Source: Octopus sinensis
Taxonomy: Eukaryota
DNA length: 64,000 bases
Direction: 5' to 3'
Assembly (NCBI RefSeq): GCF_006345805.1
Contig: NC_042998.1
Coordinates: 40,362,001-40,426,000 of the forward strand
The notes under the pieces were generated by a model that saw only the letters and a program-made list of their open reading frames with translations, made no database searches and was not told where the DNA came from. Shown here one piece after another: positions 1 to 13,490 of this stretch (within the stretch, counting starts at the first letter, position 1; every line of letters starts with the position of its first letter). The translations under genes and the position numbers were made by a program.

Positions 1-144
1 CCTCTATGAGTGGCACCAGCATGAGTGCTTTTTATGTGGCACTGCGCAAGCATACTCATACATGTATATGTACACACACATGTATACACATAATACACAC
101 ACACACAGTGTGTGTGTGTATATATCATTGCTATTGTGTTAAAC

Positions 145-353
145 TGTCGTAAGTCCAAATTTTGCCGAATGTGTTTTTTCCAGTATCTATTTTTACTTGC
201 AATAGCCGGTTCTTTTGGTCAAACTATTGTATCTCCAGCTGCTTCAGAAGCCAAAATATCAAAAATTGTCAAAATGTAGTACAATGGTTTTGTTATGGAA
301 TGGTGAAACTACTTTTTTGTTTTCAGAAAAAGCAACGTTTTGGACTTACAACA
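145..353. mobile_element. MITE-like element, about 210 bp, with 15-bp terminal inverted repeats
   Basis: TGTCGTAAGTCCAAA (145-159) versus the reverse complement of TTTGGACTTACAACA (339-353): 14/15 match. Confidence 0.55.
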
Positions 354-498
354 CTTTTGTATAATTGCAATGATATATATAATTTGAACATCCACTTTTT
401 CATGCTTGGTAATATTTTTATCTAGTCCTTCAAGCGCAAACAGCATAACAGAGACCTGATTTTATGGAAGATGGTAACGAATCAAACTACTTGTTACA

Positions 499-536
<38 letters not shown>

Positions 537-1491
537 GCAAATAAGAAAATGGAGGAGAACAATAGGTGGTTCATCAACTTTTGGACATTAAAATGTTAAC
601 TTTTTAATTTATTAAACTGATAATTATAATAACATACATACATATAGCATATTATTCTTTACATATAAGATATAAGATATAAAATATAGTAATATATAAG
701 GATACCAGTAATTATTATAAAAAACATGAATATAAATTGGTAAAATAACTTACAGTTGTTTCAGCCAATAGATAAAAATACCTCATTCTACCTATATTAC
801 TCAAGTGGATATGTGCATGCATGTACACACACACACACGTGTATACAAACATACAAGATCAAGACAAAAAGACACGGATACATACAGATGTACCTTTATA
901 CATACACAAGAGGCATAATTTAATATCCTATTAGTTTTACTTACAAGTCTTTGTTCAACCTTAGACTATAATAGAAGATACTCGCAAAAGTGGCAGCACT
1001 GTAGGAATGAAACTTAAACCACATGGTAGAGAAGTGAACTTAACTATACAGCCATACCTAAACACAAACATACACACATGTATGTGAACTTATGTGTATA
1101 AGCATATGTATGTACGTGTATGTATATGTGTGTATATAAAAATGTGTACGTGAATGTATAGATGTATGGGTGTGTATCTATAGATGTGCGCATTTATATA
1201 TATATTTGGATGGAATATACACACATACAGACACAAAAGAGTTAGACTCAAGCACTAGATGAAAGTATTTAAATGGAAACCAAAGAAAGATTTTCATTAA
1301 ATATCCAAATGAGAGGAAATGCCAAGTATAATTTCAAAAGTTCAGATTTGACAACCACAGTTACCAATCAAAATTTTTTAATTTCATTAAAATACATAAA
1401 AAAAAAAATTTTTAAAAAGCGTATGATTTCCAACAGTCAAATGTTTATCTACATAGATAAAAGTTTTGAGTTCAAACATCATTAGTGGTGT

Positions 1492-2290
1492 CATTCACTT
1501 TATGCAAGTTTGTTTCTTAGAAAAGGATGGGATTTGAAGGAGACTTGGTTAGTATTACTAGCAGAACGATGTATAGGCAAGGTGCCTAGAAAAGCATATT
1601 AAAGTAGAAAAGAGAAGATAACAAATGTGGCATCATTTATTTGATGCAAGTTTCATCATCATTATTACTTTTAATGTCCACTTTTCCATGTTTGCAGGGA
1701 TTGGATGGAATTTGTTGAAGTAGATTTTCTAAGGCTGGATGTCCTTCCTGTCACCAATTCTCACTTGTTTTCAAGTATGGTAATATTTTCATATGTGTTT
1801 ACCAGATGTGTTTTCATAGAAAATTGTAAATGAAAGATACTGATTGCATGATGGTGGCACTTGTTTTACAACTATCACATGAAATCAAGGCAAATAGATA
1901 ATAACACACACACACGTACAAATATACATATGGCAGGTATATTTCAGTTTCCCCCTGGTTGGCCTGGGGCTATAGCAGAAAAAATTTGCCCAAAGTGCCA
2001 CGCAGCAGAACTGAACCTGAAACTATGTGGCTGGGAAGCAAGCTTCTTATCACACAGACAGGCTTGCACCTATAAGTTTGTTTCTGACGATAGGATGTGA
2101 TCCAAAAGAGACTTGGCTGTTATCAGTAGCAGAATGATGTAGATGCAGGGTGCTTGGAAAAACATGTTCCAGTAGATAAAAGATGATGCAAATGCAGCAT
2201 CATTCACTTTACATAAGTTTGTTTCTTACAATAAACAGGGTGTGATTTGAAGGAGATTTGACTGTTATTACATGTACAGGCAAGGTGCCA
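1492..2290. repeat. Degenerate ~142-bp tandem repeat (about 2.6 units) interrupted by a composite SINE at 1654-2073
   Basis: Unit starts CATTCACTTT.../CATTTATTT... at 1492, 1634 and 2201. Unit 2 breaks after AAGTTT (~1653) and resumes with AAGTTT at 2074. Confidence 0.7.
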
Positions 2291-5200
2291 TATTACAAAA
2301 GTGTTATGGAAGCAATTTTATTTTTATTACTGTTTTGCATTCATGTTGTTGTTTCCTCTCATTCTAGCACTGTAAAGGAGAAGTGCTGGTTTTTACAATT
2401 TTGGATAATTCCCAGCTGCTAAATACTCAACTGTAGACATATTGTGCAAACAAAGGAGTTGCTTTGTTGTCACTTGATCTGCTAGAAATAGTGAAATCTT
2501 CCTCAAATTGCAACTTATGGTCATAAAGAAAAGGAAGGTTACAATAGATAATATAGTCAAAGATGCACAACACATGAAGAAAAATATAAAAATTATGTTA
2601 TAAGAATTTATAACCTTTCTTTAGGGGGTGAAATTCTTTTTTGGAACAGCAGGTTTTAAAGTATATAAAGCTATGTATAAATAACAGCATGTAAATATTA
2701 GATTTGACTTACTTTTTCTATCCAAAAGGGGTTTTCAGCCAAATATTTACATGCTATTACTTATAACTTTATATGTTTTGAGGTTTACTGTTCAAAAAAG
2801 AGAGAAAAAAGGAAAAAAGAAATGGTTACAGCTGGAATGCTCTGGCAGAGCTGTGCGCTTTGTTCAGATGTAGATGGTGAGAGAGAAAGAAGGGAGCAGA
2901 AGAGACACAAAATAGGATGAAATCATGAGAACAATAGTAGTTTGTAAAACATTTCCTCTTTTCATTCTTATGATTGAAGAGATTCCTATAAATTTAATGC
3001 AATTACAGAGAAATATCAGAATGGAGAAACTGGTTTTAATCAATTTTAAGACTGACAGTGAAATTGCTTCTCTCTGACCTAAAAAATGCAAATGAATCTA
3101 CACTAACCACCACAATTGTACTGCACTGCTTAGAGATAATTGATTACATAGAATATCATCAAGCAAATTTGTTTAATTTATTTAATAAATTTTATAATAG
3201 AATTTTTCCTCCTTAATAAGCATATTTGAAAGAAAACTCCCACCCCACAAACTATTTAAACATTCTCACAAGGAATGCAAATCAACCATATAAACTGTAT
3301 TTAATCATAAAATTAGAAAAGTCTTCTGCTATTTTCCATTCTACTATGATCCCAAACATTCTAGCATGCTTCATAAAATATTAAATTAACCCTGAAATTT
3401 GATTGCTATTATATTTTATTGACCCTGGAAAGATGAAAGGCTAAAGTGGTTTCAGTGGGATTTCAACTCAGAAAAGACCACAAATAAACACTGCCGGCAT
3501 ACCATTTCTAATGATCGTACCAATTTAATGCTACTGTAGAAAAGTATTGAATTATTAAAATATGTAGTAACATAGCAATTTCAATAGTGCAGATAGCATG
3601 AAAAAAAGTAGCCAGTCCATGCTGTAAAGTTGTTGGCATTGAGAAAGGCATCCAGCCATAGAAACCATGCTAAATCAGACATTGCAGCATGATGCAGTTC
3701 TTTAACAAATCCGATCCTGTCAAACTATCCAACTCATGCCAACATGGAACAAGATGTTAAATGATGATAACAAAAGATCCTACTCAAAATGTTAGTTTCT
3801 TTTTCTTGTAGTATATCAATTTCCTTTATTTTTTAGTAACCTAATTTTGCCAGCACAAACCACTACATGCCTGTATATTCTAGAGATTATTCTTGAACAA
3901 TGGTAAGTTGGACGCATGATATATTTAACTCTTATAAATGTTTACACAGATTAATGGGTCTAGTAAGGTGATAATAAAATAGTTGGAAAAAGAAAATAAC
4001 TCCAGTTGAAGTTAATGCCTTATTCAACCACAGACTTTATACTTAATTCTTAATTTTTACAAACGAATACAAAAGCAAGTTCTACCAACTTCCTTATATT
4101 AAATATAGCACCAAACCTAGCTGGCAGCACAAGTGCTGACCTGCATGACCAACATGGTACTAATTGTCTATCGTTGTGGGAGAGAGGTCTCAGGAAGTAT
4201 ATATTGTCTAAATAATGACACTGTAACCATAGCAACTTATAAGAAGCAAAGGGTGGAGAAGATCAGTAACAGATCATACATGGAATCTGGACAAGTAGGT
4301 AGGTAGGCTACATTTCTAGTGTAACATTGTGCATAAGCATATGCATACACGTGCATATAAAGATTTCTGTCAACAATATCTATATTCATAATTGTACAGT
4401 TATGAAGTACTTGTTAGCAATTCAGCAAAGACAGCTGCTTTGCTCTCTACTAGGCCAAACTCAATTGTAGAAGAGGTACTTCCATACAGAGAGCTGCAAC
4501 TAAAAAATATCTCACTAAACAAAACAAATACACTGAAGTATGTGAAGGGTTTCTAGGAGAGTATTCTTGTTTCTCTATTGACAGATAAAAACAAAACCAA
4601 ACACTCGGAAATGGAATTTATTACTTTCATTTTGTTGTTGGAAACAAAAACTCTTCTGAAGCAAAATGAATGTAAATAATAAATTTACATCTTAATAAGA
4701 CTTGTAACAAAGGCTACAAAAATAATTGTAGGTGAAAAAAACAAAACAAAACAAAACAAACAAAAACAAAGCAAGCAATACCCCCAATACCCATACAAGC
4801 ACCCCCCCTAAAAAAAAAGTAATACCTTTGGTTACTAAAGCATATATAAAAGACACAGCATTTCATATAATTAACATTTTTTATATTATATAAGAAATGG
4901 TAAGAGTAAAATGCTCATCTGAACAACCTATCTAGCTAGCTTTAATATAACCAATCACTATAAGACTAAAATAAGTGTTAATGAATTATTAAACATAAAA
5001 AAAGCATATAGCAGAATAGTTGTAAAATTTATTTAGTTTTAATGGTTTTGTTACATCTACATAAAATTGAATAGTGAGTAAATATTCTCAAGAGCCTGTT
5101 TACTATTATTAATACAGCAACTGGAATTTCCATACAATTTCCATACAACTGATAGCTTAAATCAGTGCAGCCACATACATGTGTCATTCTTAAGAGAGAA

Positions 5201-5772
5201 TCTTCAACAAAGATGAATGATGCAATTGAAACAAAGATAGTGTGTTTCAACAGAAATATGGTAATAAAAGGGTTAAAGACTGGCTGTCCATCAATATAAT
5301 CTATACAACATGTAGCTGACAGGGTGATATGGTGGGAAACCAGTCTGGACTGCATTATTAATATATGATCTAATATCTCAAAAATCTGTGTTAATTTTCT
5401 TTCCAGGTTGATAAAATAAATACTAGTAGCATATTGAGAAAAAAATGTTAAAAAGTAGAATGAGGGATATTATATTTGTGAGTCACAGATAAGCATTATA
5501 ATGATTTGTTGAACAAGGTTGACAAAAAGAAAAAATAACTGGAAACATAATTAAATCAAATATAATCTTAAGACACCCGTCTCTTTAGGTATCAAGGTTC
5601 AGTTAAGGATTGATTTAGTTACACAACTAGGATTACGTGTAAGAGCCTAGAATTGAGAATTTAATCCATGAAACTTAGGACAGAGTACAGAACATTGACT
5701 ATTATATAGAAGTTAACTGAACAAAATTGTTATAAACTACACAGCATGAAGAGTGTATACCATCTTCTAACA

Positions 5773-5989
5773 CTGTGGTTCTCAACTGGGGTTCATATAA
5801 GATTTTGTTGGTAAAATTTATTCACAATAAACTGGTTATGTTTCTACAATAAACAAAATATTTAAACATATTTTTATACAATTCTTATAGTAGTGAATTG
5901 TTTTAGATATGAAATGACTATGATTCCCATTTTCTTCAGGGGAAGAGCCTCAAAGGGGTCCATAGGCAAAAAATGCTTGAGAACTACTG
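5773..5989. mobile_element. hAT-type MITE (CAGTGGTTCTCAAC-like TIRs); related partial copy at about 7150-7347
   Basis: CTGTGGTTCTCAAC at 5773 and CTTGAGAACTACTG ending 5989. The 8-bp flanks TTCTAACA and CTCTAATG partly match. Confidence 0.55.
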
Positions 5990-6090
5990 CTCTAATGGAG
6001 ACTATGTGGTCATTGAACTTGTGACCTAATCAAATCATAAAAACTACACCCTACTACAATAGTAAAATAATTTTCAGTTGTCTACTTTTA

Positions 6091-6314
6091 TTAAGCCATT
6101 CAATACCAACTCACCTGAGATCACCTTTGGTTCTATGACATAAACTTCTTGTTTTAAAGTGACCTAAATTAAAACCTACCATCAAAATTTCATGTTAATG
6201 TTCCAAAGGTTAGCTTAATAAGGTCAAAGTTATTTTACCAAATTCTTCATTATTTTAAGCAATTGAAACAATGATAGTGCATTTCAACAGAAATATGGTA
6301 ATAAAAAGGGTTAA
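6091..6314. mobile_element. piggyBac-type MITE (TTAA...AGGGTTAA); same family at 57573-57780, isolated 3' end at about 5225-5276
   Basis: TTAA at both ends, terminal AAAGGGTTAA, and shared internal motifs (CCATCAAAATTTCATG, ATTTCAACAGAAATATGGTAATAAAA) between copies. Confidence 0.6.
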
Positions 6315-6842
6315 AGCAAAGAAAAAAACAACAAACAAGGCAAATTGTGAGTCCAGTTATAATTTCCTTCAGTTTATATTCACAAAAAAAAATTTTAAAC
6401 GACTGGGGCACATTATCAAAGGTAATTCACACACACACACACGTACTTTGTACTTGATAAAAAAAAATGCTTTCTTAATGTACTAGCCATTATATGAAAG
6501 TATCTCAAAAAAATTGTTATATAAAAAAAATTATGGTGATGTTAATGGACCAAGTAAAATCAATATATTTCAATTTTTGTTTGCTCTTAATGAAGTTACT
6601 CCAGAAACATAACAGCATTTAATATAACAGACTGCTCTAATACTGAATGGTGGGAATAAAGGTTGCTAAAATATAAGTTGATATTATTAACACAAAAACC
6701 CATAAATAAAGAATAAGTCTGAAAAAGAACACTCATAAATAATCCATTTTGTTTTTGACAATTCTCTCAGATTTATTATGTAATGTACAGCTAACATAAA
6801 CTTGAACCCACATGAATAATATTATAAATAATTACCATCATA

Positions 6843-7146
6843 GGCGCAGGTGTGGTTTTGTGGACAGCACAGGTGTGGCTGAGAGGTAAGAAGCTTGCTT
6901 CCCAACCACATGATTCCAGGTTCAGACTCACTGCATGGCACTTTGGGCAAGTGTCTTCTACTATAGCCTCAGGCTGACAACAGCTTTGTAAGTGGTACAT
7001 GGAAGCTGAAAGAAACCCATCATATATATCATTAACATAGTTTAACGTCCGTTTTCCATGCTGGTATGGGTTGGACAGTTCGATTGGGGTCTGGGAAGCC
7101 AGGAGGCTGCACCAGGCTCCAGTCTGATCTGGCAGTGTTTCTACAC
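6843..7146 (+). mobile_element. tRNA-derived SINE head (family A) joined to an antisense RTE-type 3' tail
   Basis: A-box-like TGGCTGAGAGG, B-box-like GGTTCAGACTC and central GGGCAAGTGTCTTCTACTATAGCC, then the reverse complement of the tail seen at 23500-23610. Confidence 0.8.
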
Positions 7147-10100
7147 TTAAGATTATGTTGTTAAAACTTATATGTAATAAATTGGTTATAATTCTACAAT
7201 ACACCAAATATTTTTTATACAGTTCCTAATAGTATCTAATTACAAAAATATAATTTGATATTTTAAATATCGAATGGCTACAGGAGTCCATCCGATTAAA
7301 GGAGGGATCAAAGGGTCCACAAGCAAAAAAGGGTTCAGAACCATTGGTCTAGTGCTAGGAGCAATTCTACTGGATTCTCCAAAGAAACAGGGGACAGAAA
7401 TAAAATAATGCATATGGTGGTTATTTGATTAACTATACTCTTTCCTTGCAAATTTGCAATCTTGAGCCAATGTAAAATAAGCAATAAAGAAACCTCTGTG
7501 CAGTGGTTCAATTTGTTAGAATTAGCAGCCAAATCTCCTTTAAAGTTCATCAAACCACCCTAAGGAAAATGTGGACAGATATACTAGATAAATCAGTCCT
7601 GAATATAATATGCCACAAAAGAAGACAGCATGATCTTGGTTTGAATATTGAGTGAATGACGAAAATTTGGCACACAAAAACATCAGTTCCAACTACTCAT
7701 GTGGACCAGCTTGGAAAGGATGACTGCATGAAATAAACATTAAAACTTCTAAAAATCTAAATGTTTTATAAGTGCAGAGAAACACCAAAATAACTTCAGA
7801 CTTCAAATTCTTCAGCTGTAGCTACACCAGAACCTATAGGATAAAGTAAAAGAGCGAGTACATAACTAGAATGTCACATAGCACCCTTTATAGTTCACTA
7901 CTGCATGTGAGAGTGTGCAGTATAGTCCTTAACTTGGTGGAGGCACAGCATATTGGAACAATAAATCTGTGGGTCCTGTTTAGTTGTTTGGTTCAGCGAA
8001 CTGTTAGAATACTATAGGACTGCTTCATCAGAACAGACCTGGGACTACTCAACAATATTTTAGGCAAGCAAGAATGTCTATAATTGTTTCAAAAATATGG
8101 ACCCACCCAAACTATAGGATTACAAAAAAGTAACAGTATAAAAAGTTACCAATTGTCATAAGTGAGAAAATAAAAGGCAAAAAAAGTAAAAACAATATAT
8201 AACCTTGTCATAGAAATTGCATTCATAAAGAGCTATTTGCATGTCAAAAGCTGGTATATTGATTTTCCTCACACATTAATTACTATAATTATAAATAGGG
8301 TGGCTTACAAAAACATGACGGAAATGAAAACAACAACTAAATACAATAAAAATTTCAGTTGAAATTAATTAGAAGCAGTGATTTAGTCAGGTAGTCATGG
8401 TAATGTGGGCTGCAATACTCAAGATGACGCTGATGGAATTGCACAACACTTTTAGATTTGATGAACACTGTGATACAAAATATCAGGATAAAACTGAAAT
8501 CTAATTTAAAATATTTATCTATTTAAATGTGTTAAAGTTATTCCTGAAAGTGTGTATGTGTGTAAGAGAAATCTTCAAAATAGTAAGTTTTTCTCTTGCT
8601 TTCTCAAAAAACACATGTTGATTTGAACCTAATGAAACAAGTTCATGAAATAATCACCAACTGTGGATATTTCAAATGTTTATAGTGAATAGCACATCCT
8701 CATTTTTAACCAGGTATAACTGGATCATAAAAATTACATTTGTGTGAGGCAAATATTTAAAGCTTGTCAACTTTTTGGAGCTCAGACAAAATCTTCATAT
8801 CATGTTACATATCCATCAAATTAATTCTGTATTCTTCAAGGATTGCCAAGTAATTTAAAAACTAGAGAATAATTTTTAAAAATGGCAAACAATCCTCAGA
8901 AAAATATCTGATTAAATCTCAGAAGTTTGCATGATTAAACAGACCGTTAATGCAAAAACATGAAAATAGCTAATCATTTCTTTTAAAACCTTAGGAATAC
9001 CAAAACCCAATAAAAATAATTGATCAACTGAAAAGAACAAACAAAAGGTGCAGTGGAATAATGGCAGACTGATAGAGAACCAGGACTTCAGTTTGGTACA
9101 TGCACTCCTTCCTTGAAGTCCATGAACTGCTTGAATATCTCTCTGGATGTAGCTGATGGTTTATCTTGGTGATTTAATTAACTTTTATAACTGTATGAAG
9201 CATTATGCCAATCTCAGACTGTTGAGTCTCACAGATGAGATGATGAAAAATCAAAATAAATGGCAATATGCTGTGTTGCTGTACATTACACACATGACAG
9301 TATGGAAGATGCATGTTAAAAACATTTTTATGTGAGTGTATATTTCTTGATATGAAAATATAACAATGATGGAAATGTTAGTGTCAGGTTATTCTTCGTC
9401 AAGAAGACCTGTGATTAAAAGCATTCCAGACATGATCATATCAATTCTTACTTTTTCAAGCAAAGTGTACCCCAGACTTCATTGTTCAATGCTTCATTTT
9501 TTAAAAGACTGAGGTTTAAGGCATGCTTGAATTATTTCTTACAAGTTATTCAACCATGCAGAGGCTCCCTCATTGGTTTCAGAAGTATGTTTTTATGTAT
9601 AGCAACTAGAATGTTATGCTTGATGCCTTTGTTACTGTACATACACTTTAAAGGCATGTGTACATTTCAAATAATGAAAGATTGACAAGAGAAGGAAGCT
9701 TGGTTTAGTAAATAAATCTAACCTAGATAACTCCAAATAGATCAAAATATCAGATTACAATTTTTCTATAGAACTTCAGAAACTGATTAGCTCCACTAAT
9801 GCAATTATATACTTAAGCCTTTATTTAGTGGGGACACACACACAACAACAACAAAATTTAACTGAGAAACAAAACAGCAATAATTTTTGATAGCAGTGAT
9901 TAAGTGATTGATGAAAGGTGTAAGTTAAAAGAAAGGTATTGGAAAGAAAAAAAAAGATAAGGAAAAAAGTTATTTCAATATGTAAGAGAAAGTTTGTGAT
10001 GAAGGACACCATATTGAAAATGAATATCAATAGATTTTGTTTCAGAGTAGAAAAAAAATATTAAGTTGCTGCTTGGCAACAAGTTTCTGAATTTTCCAAT

Positions 10101-12499
10101 AATGGGAAAAATTAAGACAGTAAGAAAAAGAGAATGGAAAGGTGGTGGAAATCAATAAATCTTTTAAACCTAAAATCTCAAATAATATGATTTAAAAAAA
10201 AAAAGAAAAAAAAAGAATATACTTGCTGACTGGCTTCATCACTCCACCACTCAGGCAGCCCTGACCCCCTCATCTCTCTTGTATTGTCCACTCACCCCTC
10301 CCCAGGCCTGCACTAACACTTAATCTCAGTCCTCCTTCCTCAGGATATCAACCCTTTGTAATCTTCCCTGCTCATGTCTCTGCTGCAAGTATTGACCTGC
10401 AACAGTTTAAGTGGATCATTAACTGTATCATGTTTACTGGTCTCAGAGGGCTTGAGCATTACCCACTTATCCCAGAGTCATCTTGAAAAAAAAAAAAATT
10501 AACATTGGTAACTAAACATGATCATTTATGCTGGCATTGTTGTTTAAGTGTGGTTACCCACACTGATAACACCAACTTAGATCAGTCCCATCCAATCTGA
10601 AAACACTTCTGTTAATGCAGCACCTCAGACCTCAAAATTATGCATCTTTCGGCTTGGATACTTAACCAACAATAAATCAGCCAGCACTATTATTTGCTAA
10701 CTGTTAGGGAATTAAATATTGTTTTAACTTCAACTCTTACTTGAAACTGGAGTCAATCTATCATACTCCTTCCAACTAATACTTCTACAGAAGAAAAAGT
10801 TAATATTTTTTGCTTTTTTCAGTTACACCAAAACCCTCCTAAGTAATCTTCTGATCCAGTGCTCCTCTGTTAGTATTAAATGTATTATGCATTTAACTTT
10901 TCAGAAATACAGCAATTTATTTCTTGTAACAGTATTAAAAAAATGTAATTTGTTAATTTTAATTATCAATAATTTGTTCAATCTTCGAGAAAAAATGTAA
11001 CAATTTCAAGAACACTTTTTAAAAAGCAATAAATATTAACTTTTCTTCCATACAAGATTAGGTTTAATTTAACTAAGCCTAGTCAACAATTTGAAATAAT
11101 TAGCTTATTAAAATGCTTCTTAAGGAATCCTGTTTTCACCCAGATTATTCTTTTCAAAACCTACTTCTTACCAAGCTAGAAAGATAACCTTTAAACAATT
11201 TCATATAAAAGTCAAACATTTCAAATATAACCAGTTCATTTATATAAACTGCAGGAATACAATACAGTGCTGCTTCAAGAAATATCAAATAAATGAGATT
11301 TATTGAATTGAGAAAAATATGAGCTATATAGCCAAAGGTAATAGCAGCCATAGTTTAGCTATTTCAATTGTAGTTGCTATAAAGTAGGCAATTTTTTGAA
11401 GCAAAACTAAAATACACTGATATATGCTTTAAATATAGAAGTTAATATACTTTAATGCTTCTTGCATAGGATTTATAGTGATGGAGAAATGAAGAAAGAA
11501 AATTGAAATGGAAAAACACAAGATAATAACAATAGTAATGCACAGCCTCATAATCATGAATGAGAGACTAATATTAAGTAGGATAGTTATTACAGAAGTA
11601 ATATAAACTAATGTAACAGGCATTCCAAAAGAGTCAACATAAATGTAAAAATATATTCAATCAGTTGAATGTACTTTTAAGTTTTCAAGTGCTGGACCCA
11701 AGATATCTCATGAAAAGTAATTGTGAAAGTCTTAGGAATTAAAAGGTTAAACAAGATTTTTACAGTACAAACTTATAGGCTTCCAATCATTGGTTCATTT
11801 TCAGTAGAAAGATTTAAATAATTAAAAAAAAAAATGACTGATAATTTCTATTAAAATTCTTTATCTGAGGATGTGGGACAGCATATGGCCCTTTTAAGTT
11901 CTACTAAAATAGAGAAAGATCAATGGGAGGTTAGTACAATTTGTTTATTTTAAATTATTGTAGGGTAGTTGACAGAAGGAAACTAAGTGCAAGGTTCCAG
12001 ATAATAGAGAGAGAGAGAGGTTGGGTGTGAAAACGGATATATATTATGAAGGGATAGATGAATGGAAGGGAGGTTGATATAAAGTTAGAAAATCCAGAAA
12101 AGCAGAGGCAAGGGAGAACTGAGTTTAAAGTGAGACCAGTGGATGTTTCCTTGTAGATTGTGTTTGAGAAACAGATATTGTTTGAGGCAGGCAAGCAATA
12201 GTGTTAGTGTATTGGTGCCCAGTAAATAGTTATCAGCCATACAGGGTTATTTGTTGGTGTTAAAGAAGTAACCAACATTACACCACAATTTTTGTGATAT
12301 GTTGGTTACTGGGTCAAAATGAATATCCATGAGAAGTGGTAGGAAATTGTTAAACTTAAATATGTATCTGTAGAAAATATGATTTTAGGTGTAAATTTTT
12401 TCTTAAAGAAAAGAAATGTATAGTGTTTGTAATGGTAATTTTTTTAGAGCTTCAATCCTTAAGAGGTATATATGAGAGTTCTACAGAAAGTAATGCAAA

Positions 12500-13490
12500 A
12501 GTGGGCATGGCTTATTTTTAACTGACAATGATTGTTCAACTTGCACATATTGGCAGAGTAACTCTTTTTCTTCTTTGGAGGGATGCAGGTTGTCTATGGA
12601 GATGACTCCATTGATAAGAGCAATGTGCACAGATATATGAAGAAGTTTAAGAAAATAGAAACTAGCATTTACTTTATGCTGTGAGAGCCCATCAATAGTG
12701 ACCACAGGCATGAATCATCAGTGGACAAAATGATTTGCATGGACAGACAAGTCATACTCTGTGAGCTTGCTGCATAACTGGACGGTAGTCACAATGCATT
12801 ACAGAAGATGGCAGAAGACTTTGGTTATCACAAAGTACAAAGTGGATACCTTGGCAGTTGACACCCAATTGGAAGGAGAGAAGAGTGGATGGGTAGAAGT
12901 CTGCTCTGATCAGTTGATGGCATTTGAAGCCAATGAAGACATTTTGTTTTTGATCTGGTTGTCACCAGATGAAATTTGGCTGTAGCTTTATGATCTGGAA
13001 ATAAAGGCCTAGTCCATGAAATGGTGTTACTTCTTTTCTTTAAGGCCTAAAACACATCAAGAGTTAGTGATTGGCATAGAAAGTCATGGTGCCTAGGATG
13101 ACAAAGGCATTGTTCTTCTTGATTTTCTGGAACATTGCTGTACAATGAACAGCATGTAGTACATTGAGACACTCAAAAAGTTTAGAGAGGTCATTAGGAG
13201 GAAGATAGCAAGTAGGAATCTAAACATATCTTTGACAACAAATCAGGCAACTGGCAAATTATGGCTGATTGGTGGTTCTGTACAGCCTGGATTTAGTACT
13301 CTCTGACTCTTATCTGTTTGATCCAATGAAAGATAGACTTCAAGAACAACAATTTGATGATAGAGCTGTGAAGAAGTCAGTACAACATTGCACACCTGAA
13401 TATTTGCAAAGAAGATTGGAGAGCTGGGTTAAATGATGACATTAATGCATTGCTGGTGATAGAGACTATGTTGAGTTAGTAACTTTGTAT
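12500..13490 (+). mobile_element. Highly degraded mariner transposase remnant (irritans-like)
   Basis: Broken-frame motifs YGDDSIDKSNVHRY, GYHKV...IPWQLTP, VTPDEIWL and YSLDLVLSDSYLFDPMKD, corresponding to WVPRQL, TGDETW and YSPDLAPSD. Confidence 0.75.

Noticed and set aside
7971-8040. Minus-strand CTGATGA with complementary flanks GGTCTGTT/AACAGGACC
   Set aside because: No GAAA core and no convincing helix II or III; at best an unrecognisably decayed hammerhead.
9150-13280. NHQ-encoding triplets as AGPAT exon 2 (about 9165-9180 and 13265-13280, minus strand)
   Set aside because: Contexts are NHQL and NHQD with flanking stops, or lie antisense within the mariner remnant; no NHQSxLD motif.
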